Of a DNA stretch of 64,000 nt, positions 22,000 to 32,331 are shown in pieces. Location: NCBI GenBank assembly GCA_946965045.2, contig OX337236.1:124001-188000 (forward strand), given 5' to 3'. The translations under genes and the position numbers were made by a program. Under the pieces are notes generated by a model that was not told where the DNA came from, searched no databases, and saw only the letters and a program-made list of their open reading frames with translations. The number at the start of each line of letters is the position of its first letter. Positions within the stretch are counted from its first letter, which is position 1. The stretch is from Epithemia pelagica. Lineage: Eukaryota; Protista; Bacillariophyta.

Positions 22000-22868
22000 G
22001 TTTCGCAACGTGTAAAAATTACAAGAAGAGGAAGGCGAATCAACGGCCAACTTGTCCAAAGAATGAGGACTCGAACGAGAAAACCATCCTTGTGGATGGG
22101 CCAACGATGAACCGGCAAGCGTACATGGAAGTGTGGTGTCAGAGATTACACAGTCTTTGAATCGCTCCGCCAATGTTGGTACACCCACTACAGTCACCCT
22201 CATTGCAATCATGTCCTCAGCTGCTACCTAGTTGACCCAATCGCTCGAAGATATTGCTCGACAAAGATGGACCGGCGTTCATACGCAGATGAATCATTCT
22301 CTCGGAGGTTCGCCACCACTGTCCAGATTGCTCGACAAGGAAGGACCGGCTCAGCTTTATCATCGCTCCGTTTTCGTCTGTGTATACCAAGGACTACTAT
22401 GAAGACAATTGTGTCCACGGCGGTCCGCGGATCGAAAAAAATGTTTTTGGAACGGCCCAAAAACGAAGTACCCAACAAAGACAGAGTGGTGAGTACGAAT
22501 GTCGTATCAGGCATGGATGCCGTTTTGTTCCAGATATACTCCCGTCCTCCACCCGGCAAAAAAGACTCCTGTCCCGGCCAAGGGGCCTGGACGGAGCGAT
22601 TCAATCTTGCACGGGAATACAGCAAATGACGGTTCGAAATCCCACAAAAGATGCGACCAGTCATCACGCAACAATGTTCGCCGGGACGACTCTACCAACA
22701 CGACGAGCATGATCCATGGGAACGAACAAAAATACACCACGTGCAGCGGTATCTCACGTTATATTAGATAGGTTTACAATAACATATCCTTCAAGCTTCG
22801 TCAGTACACAGAGATATAGTCGGTTCCATCATTTCACGGGGTCGCCATAGTCGCCTTCCGGATGTGGT

Positions 22869-22930
22869 CAGACAGACAGACACTGAGTCACTCATATATC
22901 AGACAGACAGACACTGAGTCACTCATATAT
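22869..22930 (+). repeat. 31-bp tandem duplication containing TGAGTCA
   Basis: CAGACAGACAGACACTGAGTCACTCATATAT twice. Confidence 0.9.
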
Positions 22931-23031
22931 ATTGCGAGACGTGGATGGCGCCCTGTCTTTCAATCGCAACACTTCTGTTGAAACTTCTAACAAGCCGTGC
23001 CGTAAAAGCAACTCTTTATAGGCTTATCGAA

Positions 23032-24939
23032 CTACGTATTCTCCATTGAATAAGCGTTGGCTCTCTTGTTCGTTCTTTCGTTGCTTTTGCCACGTCTACA
23101 AACCAATGTCCATGATTCCGCCTCTTGCGAATGGCCTATATCTTGCGCATGGCCAGTCGCACCTTGGTCCTCTATATTCACCGGTTGCTCTGCTATCCTC
23201 AACACACTCCTTTGTGCCGAGGAATGATATTTACTATCCGATGGTACATTCATGATGATATCACGCAATTGGTAGAAGATGCGACCTTGTAATGGCTTGG
23301 TAAAAAAATCGGCGACCATCTCTTCAGTCGGACAGAATGCAATATCCATCTCTTTACGCTTGATGCAGTCCTTGATATAAAAGTAGCGAAGGTTGATATG
23401 TTTGGTTCGCTTTGAACTGGATAGCCGTCCATTTTTCGCCAATAGAATACTACTCTGATTGTCTTGATGTAGGGTTACGTCCTTGATCTCATGGCCTTGG
23501 GCCTGTATGAAATTCTTGGTCCAGATGATAGACGGGAGTACATCGTGTACCCCAATGAGTTCACATTCAGTTGAACTACGGGCCACGAGTTTTTGTTTCG
23601 ATGAAGCCGTCACCACTGCTCCTTTTCCCATGGTCATGAAACCCCCAGTGTGTCCTTTTAGATCGGGGTGAGTCGCATAAGATGCGTCAACCCACCACCA
23701 GAGATGCATCATTGGGTCACCTTCTAGACGCAGGATCAAATCGCGTGTGGATTGTAAATACTTCAGAACCCGTCCGAGTTTGCGGTAGTCATCATCATCA
23801 GGAGCCATGACACGGGTGCTGAGAAAAGTTACGGCAGTCCGTATATCAGGGCGACCACGTTGTGCCATGTAAGCGAGTTGCATGGTCACACTGTGGAACC
23901 GGTCTGATTTTGTTTCATCCAGCTTGTGAGCCTTTGGGTTCACATGATAAAGGTGTTTGGCTGCGGGACTACGGGCTCGACCGATCCATTCTTTTGGTAA
24001 GTCAAGTAGGATGGTCTCCAGATAAGATCTCATATCCACTTGAACCACACCATCTTCCCCATAGTCGAGGAACATGCCAAGGTAATCGTGTCGAGTACCC
24101 TCAGACACTGATATCTCGCCCAACTGTCCGAACTCCGCTCGTAGGTCATCCAAAAATTGATGAACTACCTTGCCATCAACGTGCGAGACTTTTAAATCGT
24201 CAATATGCCACGTCACAGTGAGCTGTCGATCGTTTACTTGTTTGTTTGCAACACACGAGTCATATGGATTGATAACAAATCCCCAACTCTTGAGCACGGC
24301 GGTAAGCTTCTCCCAAAACAAACGAGCGGCACGAAGCGTGCCGTAAAGAGCTTTCAGCATCTCCACATAAATCACCGGTTGACCCTTCTCATAGGTCAAG
24401 AAAGGAGCGTAGGTGTCATAATCCACTTCCAGCAATAGCTCAGCCATCAACCCATCTAGTCGCATATATACGTCGGGGTCCATGTCGGAGTGCATGAATG
24501 CCCCTGGTATATCAGCTACTGCAACCACGCGTCGTTCTAGAGCGTCAATCACGGCAGTGATGAAAACGGATTCAGTAGCAACTGTGGGTGATGCCGATTC
24601 GGGTTTGTCAATATAAGCTCTTTGCTTTCTCCCGTCAGCGCAGCCTCTTCCTTTGATTTTGCCACAGCGCTTGCGTTTTAGGAACATCAAGTATCCTAAC
24701 GCTTCTTGCACTTGGTTCCAAGTTAGATCAGTTTTATGAACAGCCCGTAGAACACCGCGGTCGTGTAACTGCTGTATCTCCACTTTCACAGCAGCCACGC
24801 CTTTATCACCGAACAACTTGATGCCTTTTTTCATTGGCATTTGTGGTGTGGCCATATTGATTTCCGTTGACACCAGATACAGGATTCCATCTCGCAAAGC
24901 TTCTTTGTCGATTCGGCCGTAAATTGTATCGGGGTTCAT
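23032..24939 (-). CDS. pol: Copia RT / RNase H; ORF runs into the 3' LTR
   Basis: KGRGCADGR, ADIPGAF, KALYG, WHIDD; WVDASYA, STECEL, HQDN, KHINLRYF, ADFFTKPL. Confidence 0.93.
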   Translation of the reverse strand: MNPDTIYGRIDKEALRDGILYLVSTEINMATPQMPMKKGIKLFGDKGVAAVKVEIQQLHDRGVLRAVHKTDLTWNQVQEALGYLMFLKRKRCGKIKGRGCADGRKQRAYIDKPESASPTVATESVFITAVIDALERRVVAVADIPGAFMHSDMDPDVYMRLDGLMAELLLEVDYDTYAPFLTYEKGQPVIYVEMLKALYGTLRAARLFWEKLTAVLKSWGFVINPYDSCVANKQVNDRQLTVTWHIDDLKVSHVDGKVVHQFLDDLRAEFGQLGEISVSEGTRHDYLGMFLDYGEDGVVQVDMRSYLETILLDLPKEWIGRARSPAAKHLYHVNPKAHKLDETKSDRFHSVTMQLAYMAQRGRPDIRTAVTFLSTRVMAPDDDDYRKLGRVLKYLQSTRDLILRLEGDPMMHLWWWVDASYATHPDLKGHTGGFMTMGKGAVVTASSKQKLVARSSTECELIGVHDVLPSIIWTKNFIQAQGHEIKDVTLHQDNQSSILLAKNGRLSSSKRTKHINLRYFYIKDCIKRKEMDIAFCPTEEMVADFFTKPLQGRIFYQLRDIIMNVPSDSKYHSSAQRSVLRIAEQPVNIEDQGATGHAQDIGHSQEAESWTLVCRRGKSNERTNKRANAYSMENT

Positions 24940-26220
24940 TTTCGGGTTGGTTGTTGTTCTCCTGTTCAGGATCTACATCCATCCCTAAGTCCTCCTCTGT
25001 GAGAGATGCTTCTTCTTCGTTCTCCTCCTCTACTCCACCGGCTAGCTCCATTCCCTCGTCCTCCTCATCAGCATCCATATCCATCACAACATCCTCCAAA
25101 GCATCATCATAGGTCGAATCGTTACTGACTTGTTCATGCGCATCATGATATTGTTCATTGTCTACTGGGTCAGGCAGATTGGCTTCTGCCCCCACTCCTT
25201 GGATTTCCAACGGTTCGAGATCCAAATTGTCCAACGGCTGGTTGGGCTCTGGCTCGTTTATGACATTTTCAACATCAGGCACGTCATCTTCAGCTAATTC
25301 ATTCTCAACTAGATCATCGTCATACCGCAGATCCTCATCCATGTCCTGTACATCTTCATAGGACTCGTCATCATCATCAAACAGTTCATTGTTCTCGTCT
25401 AGGAACAAGATTCTGTTGTCACGATTGCCGAACGCTAGTCCCGGTTGCATTTCCTGACTTTGTGCCAACTGATGTACTCGTTGAATGACTTCTGCTGGCA
25501 TAGGTAAAGCGGTGGCGTGATTCCTTGTGATTACTCTGCCGCTAGTGAGGCTAAGGAAGTAATAACTACCTTGCCTGTTACCGGTTGGCCTCAATGCGAT
25601 AGCTCCGATGGTTCTTGGGGCCATGGTGTTATCGTGCTGCTCATGGCACTGCACGTATTGGCCAAATTCATACCGACAATGTTTGTTGAAATCGACATGC
25701 TCACCGGTCACGAGTAGACGTGGACTTTGTGTTTTGGAAATGCCGGTGTGATGTGGGAAGCAGTTTAACCAAAACGTGGCAAATTTGGCCAGTTCTATCA
25801 ACATGACCTTCGGTAGGGCATCGAAAGGAAGCGTGTTATAAACACAGCGCATCCTTTCCTTCACAGTCCTGATGTAACGTTCCACATCACCTACATGCTC
25901 GTCCCTGGCAGTGGGATTGATGGTGATGCCGAGGAGTTGAAGACTGGCTTGCATATCATCACTTGTAAATGCACCATCAGCCAACACAATTCTCGGTCTA
26001 ATCCCGCCACGTCGGTAAACTGCCACAGTCTTCTTCAGGGATTGTATGATATTGGTGTCAGTGGTTGATTGTATGGCGTCTATCGTCCCGAAATGTATTT
26101 TCCTTGACGTGGTGACAAGGAATGGTACATTGTTCACGTGCATGACGTCAATGGTCAATGTGACATCCTTGTGCTTCTCAGCAATACGAGGTGGTACTGT
26201 CGTGGACGTGTCGACAAATG
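24806..26220 (-). CDS. Copia integrase
   Basis: TIDVMHVN, LADGAF, HVGDVERYIRTVKER (DDE); acidic linker; frame break to RT near 24870-24900. Confidence 0.88.
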
Positions 26221-27933
26221 GGGACTTACATCGTCAGTAGTAATGTTAGCGTTTGGTAGTAGGTTGTGCCTTAGGATATGAAGATAATCCTTGGTAGAAG
26301 GCCGTCCTATCTTCGCTAGGAGTGATCTGGCCATCTTGGCTCTACGGATTTCTTCCGGGGAGTAAGAATCTTCGTTATCGCTAACAGTTGTTACGAAGCT
26401 ACTCTGTAACGTCGATGTGTCCAGGTAGAATAAACCTTCTGGGCTTGGATTGAACTTGTGTTTTAGCCTACCAGTGGCTCGGTCATGTAAGGAAAATGAA
26501 TTTCCACGGTCGCTGTCATATTTGATGTGAAATCTTGTGTGTGCGTTGTTTAGAGAGATGATGTTGGCTGGACCCTCAGGATCATGCCATACGATGCCAT
26601 ATCCAGGCAGGAGTCCTCGCAACTGAAGAGTCCTCTGTCCGGCATGACTCTGAATGACGATGGGAGTCTCAGACGAATGAATATTTTTTAATAAGGATGG
26701 ATCTTTGATGATGTCAACGGTGGACTGATTGTCCAGTAACAGCCATTGAGGGGGAATGCTAGCACCTCGATTGGATTCATTGTTACCCTCGGCTTGTGAG
26801 TTGGTTCGATTTGAGCGACTCTGTGTTGTCGATGCTTGGGAGCCACTTGTATGTGCTCCTGTTGCAGTTGTCGCATTGGAGTGGCCTGTCATGGTGGAAT
26901 CGGGCAAACTCGTCTCTCCACTTGTTACATACGCCACACCGGTGGCGTTGTCGGGCTGACCGTTGCTCTGACCAGGATTGTTCTTTGGTTTTCCTGTCAT
27001 TCGATTGTCCAGGATCGCACGAGCATTGGCAAGCGTCTTGGGGTATACATTCTGTCCATCCAAGAACATATTTTGCAAATGTGCTTCGTACTCCTTGTTG
27101 CCACAAGATCGGATGAATCGAATGGCAATACAACGATTTTGGGCGTCCTCGTGGTCGTCGGAAGAAGGTGTTGTGTGTTTCTTTTCCTTCGCCACTCGTT
27201 CCAACATGTCCTTATCGTACAGGACAATCCCTGCTTCATTCATGACCTTGACTTTGGCTCGGAATACCTCGTAATATGAATGGAGGCTTTGATTATTTCG
27301 TCGCCTCAGACTATAGAAATCTTCCTTGAGCTTATCTCGGGCGACAAGAGTGAATATGCGTCCGGAATCAAAGGTGAATGTGATTTGCTTGATAAGTTTC
27401 AAGAGATCCACACCGTCACGCATCTTCTTGATCTCTCCAAAGGTCTCGTGGGCCTGTAGCTTATCCTTGAGTAGCGGAGTACACTGTCCCATAATCAAGC
27501 TGTATAGAGCTGCCCGAAAGTTTTTGTAGAGGACCATTTGGTCTTGGCGTGCTTTGTACGCCATCTTCCACTCTTCCACTTGGATCATATCTGTGGGGTC
27601 TTTTGGTTTTGTTGCTTCTTCTGGGTCGGGTAGTTCCAATGCTTCGAGTGCTTGTTGGAACTCTTGATTGTGTCGATCAAAATTACTACCGACGTAGCCG
27701 ATCAATAACTCGACGTTTCGTAGATAGCGCTTCGATTGCGGATCCTCACTGTAGTCGAATATGCATTCTTTAAGCGACGGTTCTTGGCCTTGAAATCTAG
27801 GCGAGTTGGATTGTTGAGCCTGATTCTGCCATCCTCGTCCTCTTCCTCGTCCGCCTCTGCCTTGACGTTGTCCACTCGACCGGGAGCTAGACTCAACCGT
27901 GTCTGGACGATTTGCGTTGTCTTGTTGAGACAT
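26221..27933 (-). CDS. gag: Copia Gag-protease
   Basis: LIMGQCT gag motif, LLDNQSTVD protease; after NITTDDV an apparent deletion shifts frame into the integrase. Confidence 0.85.
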
Positions 27934-27938
27934 CTCGT

Positions 27939-28637
27939 TTAAACAATCGCAATGCTGTCACGATGGCGGCGGTGTTCTTCTGTATCGTTGATGATGGGAT
28001 TCCAAATCTTGATAAAGTGATATAATGTGCCGTGGCGCGACACTGTGCCTTGGAGATGTGTTCGTCCCACTGTTTCCTTCAACTTGAGAGTATTCAATAC
28101 CCAAACGCGAGTTCCAATTGGAATCCACCGTGGGAGTACGCCTCTTTGTGGTGGAATAGCGGGGATGATTGTTTCTGTTTCGATTTCACCGTCCGGTGTT
28201 TCTCGGCTCAGGTCAACGAGAGCGACTGGAGATGCGCGACGATCTTGATTCTCTTCCGCATTGTTTTCTTGGTTCGGGTTTTCTTGGTTCGGTTCCACAA
28301 GATACGCTTCAGCGGAGCGCTCTGGGTATGTAGCCGCGCAGGTTGATGGGCCTCGCTCAGCCCGCTTGATTTTGTCTAGCAACGTGCGTCGCTTTTCCTG
28401 TATCTCCTCGAAGATCAGCTGTTTCCGAATCTCCGTCTCCTCGTAATCGTTGTCTCTTTCGATTTCTCGTTGTCGCTCCAGTGCAGCGATGGACTCGCGA
28501 TGCTGCGCCTCCTTGGTGCGAAAGCGTTGTTGGTAGCGCTGTTCCGCTTCGTGTAAGAGATCCTCTTGTTCGATAGTGAGTTGGGCCAGTTCCGATAATA
28601 AAGATTGTACGCGGTCACTTGTGCCCTCTTCACTCAT
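27939..28637 (-). CDS. Extra ORF upstream of gag inside copia 2 (coiled coil plus small beta-rich domain)
   Basis: 232-aa ORF between PBS and gag; stop 5 nt before the gag ATG. Confidence 0.65.
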   Translation of the reverse strand: MSEEGTSDRVQSLLSELAQLTIEQEDLLHEAEQRYQQRFRTKEAQHRESIAALERQREIERDNDYEETEIRKQLIFEEIQEKRRTLLDKIKRAERGPSTCAATYPERSAEAYLVEPNQENPNQENNAEENQDRRASPVALVDLSRETPDGEIETETIIPAIPPQRGVLPRWIPIGTRVWVLNTLKLKETVGRTHLQGTVSRHGTLYHFIKIWNPIINDTEEHRRHRDSIAIV

Positions 28638-28681
28638 AAGAGTACTTCACGTCAACAACGGAGGTACTTAGTGTAATGAAT

Positions 28682-28695
28682 TTCAATGGAGAATA
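28682..28695 (-). promoter_or_regulatory. Primer-binding site complementary to the element's own LTR (28757-28770)
   Basis: TATTCTCCATTGAA abuts the 5' LTR and is the exact reverse complement of TTCAATGGAGAATA in the LTR; no TGG tRNA-type start. Confidence 0.75.
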
Positions 28696-28981
28696 TGTTG
28701 AAACTTCTAACAAGCCGTGCCGTAAAAGCAACTCTTTATAGGCTTATCGAACTACGTATTCTCCATTGAATGAGCGTTGGCTCTCTTGTTCGTTCTTTCG
28801 TTGCTTTTGCCACGTCTACAAACCAATGTCCATGATTCCGCCTCTTGCGAATGGCCTATATCTTGCGCATGGCCAGTCGCACCTTGGTCCTCTATATTCA
28901 CCGGTTGCTCTGCTATCCTCAACAACTTCCATCGGACTCCGACACATTAGACTTTCGTTTGTGTTGTAAACGTTACTTGAG

Positions 28982-30100
28982 ATGGCCTCCACAGTTCAAC
29001 GATCTCTCGGTCGTCTTGGCCAGTCATCCTTTTCACCACATGGCATCCGTGGGCCGATCAAAACAACACGAACAAGAATCAGAATACAAAGTGGGTGTTG
29101 TAGCAGGTTTGTTTCATCCTCCACCCAGCGCTTGGAATGGGCGACGGAATGGATCCATCCCTCTTCCCCAAGTGGTACGACTACTACAGTGCAGTCTTCC
29201 TCCACCAATACGAATGACAACAATCGCCGTGCCGTCGTTGTCTTTTTGCATGGCTTGTTGGGCAACAAGCGCAATGTCAAGAGTTTTGCCAAGTCGGTTT
29301 GCGCGTCACTGGGTGTACCGGGTGTGTTGATGGATGTGCGAGGACATGGAGAGTCTCATGTGGAACCGTCCAATTCCTCCCATACAACAACAACTCCTAA
29401 AAGAACTACGTTTGAGGACTGTGTCCGAGACATGGATCACACCTTGGCGCGCGTGGTACCGGACCTGGACGATCGACAAGTCATTCTCATGGGGCATTCC
29501 ATGGGAGGACGTCTGTCTCTCATGTATACACTGGCCCATCACGAGGTTCGCGTGCGACCCTCCCATGTCTGGTTGTTGGATACGGTTCCGGGACGCATTA
29601 GTGGCTCGGTGCAACATGTGTTGAATGTGGCACAGCAATTGGTCCAAGAGGAGACCACCAAGCAGGACCGACACCAACTAGCCACCATGAAACGAACGGA
29701 ATTGGCCGACGTGTTGATGCAACAATTCCGTGTCGAAGAAGGGACGGCACAATGGTTGGCCGCCTCCTTTGATCCCAAGTTGGATCGCAAATTTAAATTT
29801 GATTTGTCCGTGGCCCAGGATTTGGTGGAGGAATTTCATCGACACGATTTCCTGGCCGGATTGCAACAAGTTCGTGCCCAACAACCCGAGGTGGGAATTC
29901 ATTTGGTACGAGGAGGGGCCAATGCCGCCTGGGAAGACTCGGATAGTTTGGAGTACTTTGAAACCTGGGAACAAGAAGAAGAGGATCGTTCGCGATTTTC
30001 CTTTCATACGCTGCCCGATGCCGGACACTGGGTTCATATTGACGATCCACGAGGCCTGTTGCGATCGGTCGAATCGATCCATAAAGAGCCGGAACTGTAG
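28982..30100 (+). CDS. Alpha/beta hydrolase (ABHD11/YbfF-like esterase)
   Basis: FLHGLLGNKRN, GHSMGG nucleophile elbow, LDTVP, AGHWVH. Confidence 0.9.
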   Translation: MASTVQRSLGRLGQSSFSPHGIRGPIKTTRTRIRIQSGCCSRFVSSSTQRLEWATEWIHPSSPSGTTTTVQSSSTNTNDNNRRAVVVFLHGLLGNKRNVKSFAKSVCASLGVPGVLMDVRGHGESHVEPSNSSHTTTTPKRTTFEDCVRDMDHTLARVVPDLDDRQVILMGHSMGGRLSLMYTLAHHEVRVRPSHVWLLDTVPGRISGSVQHVLNVAQQLVQEETTKQDRHQLATMKRTELADVLMQQFRVEEGTAQWLAASFDPKLDRKFKFDLSVAQDLVEEFHRHDFLAGLQQVRAQQPEVGIHLVRGGANAAWEDSDSLEYFETWEQEEEDRSRFSFHTLPDAGHWVHIDDPRGLLRSVESIHKEPEL

Positions 30101-30523
30101 CAGTAATAGAAGGTCTCGAGAGTATGTGCTTTGTTGTTTATGAATAGGATCTCTGTATACTACAAAAATGCGTACATGTTTGCTTTTGTTGAGAACTTAC
30201 TCACATGCTGCTGGATATAACTTTAGAAGAGGGGATATGGATGCCAGGTATCTACATCATGAGTAGGATTCTCCCATTGACTGGCGTCCTAATAATAGGT
30301 GGAAGGACAAACCGCTGTTCCACAATGTGCACACAAAAATATATCGACTACTGGATGCTTCTTTTATCCTACTACGGTACTACTAGCAGCACTGGTTTTG
30401 TTTCGTTCGTGCATTTCGTTTGGTTGTTGTTGCTCTTGCCAATGGTTTTGTTTGGCTTTGATATGTTGTAGCTTATTCTTTGTGGGATGACTTCACTTTT
30501 GGTCAGTTCCTATTTTTCCGTTT

Positions 30524-31657
30524 TTAGGATTGAACGGCCATGATACTGTCTTGTTTGGCTTGGGATACATGATTGAGTTTGTGCAAGACTTGGTCAGCCA
30601 AGTCTTGAATTTTGGTTTGCAATCGAAAGGCTTCATCTTTGGACACATGTTCGAGTTTGCCCGCGACACCCTGTTTGACCACATCCAAATGTTTGCGTCG
30701 AATGGCTCGTAATTTTTGTCGAATGTGCTCCGTTTTCTTGGCCACTTGTTTGCACGTCTTTTCTCGCGTTTCCATGGAGATGCGAGGGAGGGGAATGCGT
30801 ACCACACCGCCCTCTTCGACGGACGGATTCATTTCCAATTGGATTCGAATGGCTTCGCACACGGGGGACGCGACGTTGGGATCAAAACACGTGGCATGGG
30901 CTACCGTGGAAGACGTAATGACGACTTGGGCAATGGTTTTCAAGGGTACCGTTTCGCCATAGACGGGGACAGAGACATCGTCAAAGAGTTCCGGGGTCGG
31001 TTCCGCCCCTCGAATCTTTTGGAGGGAGTCCGTAAAGGATGCCAAGATTTGATCCATGCGTTCCTGGACAAGTTTGGGATCTGGCAAGCCATCATCCTCG
31101 TCTTCGTCTTCATCAAGAGGCTCGTCATCATCAAAATACACGTGTTCCGAATCGGCTTCCACAATCTTGGCATTGGGAATGGTCTCCTTTGCGTCTTGGT
31201 TGTCATTATCATCATCATCATGTTTGCCCTTTTTGCCCTTTTTACCCTTTTTCTTTTTGCCACGAATTTGTTGTACCGCATAGAGTTTATTCTTGTGGTT
31301 GTTTTGTACAAGCTGCTGGGTTGGTTCGTCATGGAACACGGGTGCTACTTGTCCCCAAACCGTCGTGTTTAAAGCAGAAGAAGCAGATGTCATGAGCAAG
31401 GAGTGATGAGGCCACGAACAATACGAACGGGTCGTTATTCGTCCATGGTGGTTGGATGGTCTCTGTGACACTGCAAAGAATGATACTGGTGCGGCCAAGG
31501 GCGTTGTGGATGTTGATGTTGTTGTGCGAATCACGTTTTTTTGTGGTTGCCATACAACTGTGTGGATTGCGGGTGGGGTTCGGATTCGATGACTTAAGAG
31601 CCGACGGCTACGAATGAATGGCAGCAAGGATGATGACGAGGATGATACGGATTTCAT
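30524..31657 (-). CDS. RRF: Ribosome recycling factor, probably mitochondrial (377 aa)
   Basis: LQKIRG..PTPELFDDVSV, PLKTIAQV, GVVRIPLPRISMETRE, LRAIRR; Arg/Ser/Thr-rich leader without a signal peptide. Confidence 0.88.
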   Translation of the reverse strand: MKSVSSSSSSLLPFIRSRRLLSHRIRTPPAIHTVVWQPQKNVIRTTTSTSTTPLAAPVSFFAVSQRPSNHHGRITTRSYCSWPHHSLLMTSASSALNTTVWGQVAPVFHDEPTQQLVQNNHKNKLYAVQQIRGKKKKGKKGKKGKHDDDDNDNQDAKETIPNAKIVEADSEHVYFDDDEPLDEDEDEDDGLPDPKLVQERMDQILASFTDSLQKIRGAEPTPELFDDVSVPVYGETVPLKTIAQVVITSSTVAHATCFDPNVASPVCEAIRIQLEMNPSVEEGGVVRIPLPRISMETREKTCKQVAKKTEHIRQKLRAIRRKHLDVVKQGVAGKLEHVSKDEAFRLQTKIQDLADQVLHKLNHVSQAKQDSIMAVQS

Positions 31658-31742
31658 TGTGGATTGCAACAAACAATCGAACGACAAGGGACCACGACGC
31701 AGATGACAACAACAAGGGTCAATGATGAAAAGATACCCACAC
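31098..31742. repeat. 645-bp direct repeat (RRF 5' region), second copy 43177-43821
   Basis: Same length, offset 12079, identical translation; first copy ends exactly at the hAT left TIR. Confidence 0.95.
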
Positions 31743-32331
31743 CAGGGTGTGGAAGTCACTAGCGAAAAATTTTCTAAGTTCTGCAACTTTTGAACTTTTT
31801 CACCATAATTTCACAAATCAAATCATATTACTAGCCTTTCCCAAACGAACTTTTTGCACAAAGTCAAATCGCTCACATTTTTCATCGAACTTGACTTGGA
31901 CCCATCCAACTTAGTTATTTACAAGCTCTTATTACCGGAACATTGGCACACACCAATGTAATTATCCAAGTTGCAATTTTCTCACATAGTTCAATCAAGT
32001 TACATGTCTCCACTTATTGACTCGAAGTCTAAAGTCTAATTGCAAGTCTCAAGATTAGAACTAAATTCTCCAAATCAAGTTGTAATTTTACTTCATTGCA
32101 ACTAGTGTCAGTGTCGACTGTCGACACTTAGTCACTTGGCACTATCCTACAGTAACAAACACAGTCAACAAGATATAATCGGTACTGGCCCCTTACCTCT
32201 TAACACTGAACCCAACACACAATCTCTTCACCTCTGTTGTGGCTTGTTGCAGCGTTACAGCACACGAATGAGGTGTGATTTTTCCAGTTGACACTGTCGG
32301 AATCAAACAACCAATCTCTGGTTGAAAGCAC

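Larger units (their letters stand above)
22976..28924 (-). mobile_element. Full-length, recently inserted Ty1/copia element with 229-bp LTRs and 5-bp TSD; pol frameshifted twice
   Basis: LTRs 22976-23204 and 28696-28924 (TGTTG...CAACA, 1 mismatch seen); TSD ACTTC at 22971-22975 and 28925-28929; gag-PR-IN-RT-RH order. Confidence 0.96.

Noticed and set aside
22224-22771. Overlapping 77-147 aa ORFs on both strands
   Set aside because: No convincing motif; cannot choose a frame
31658-31786. 5' extension of the RRF ORF to 31786
   Set aside because: Non-ATG start inside the hAT end; first suitable ATG is 31657
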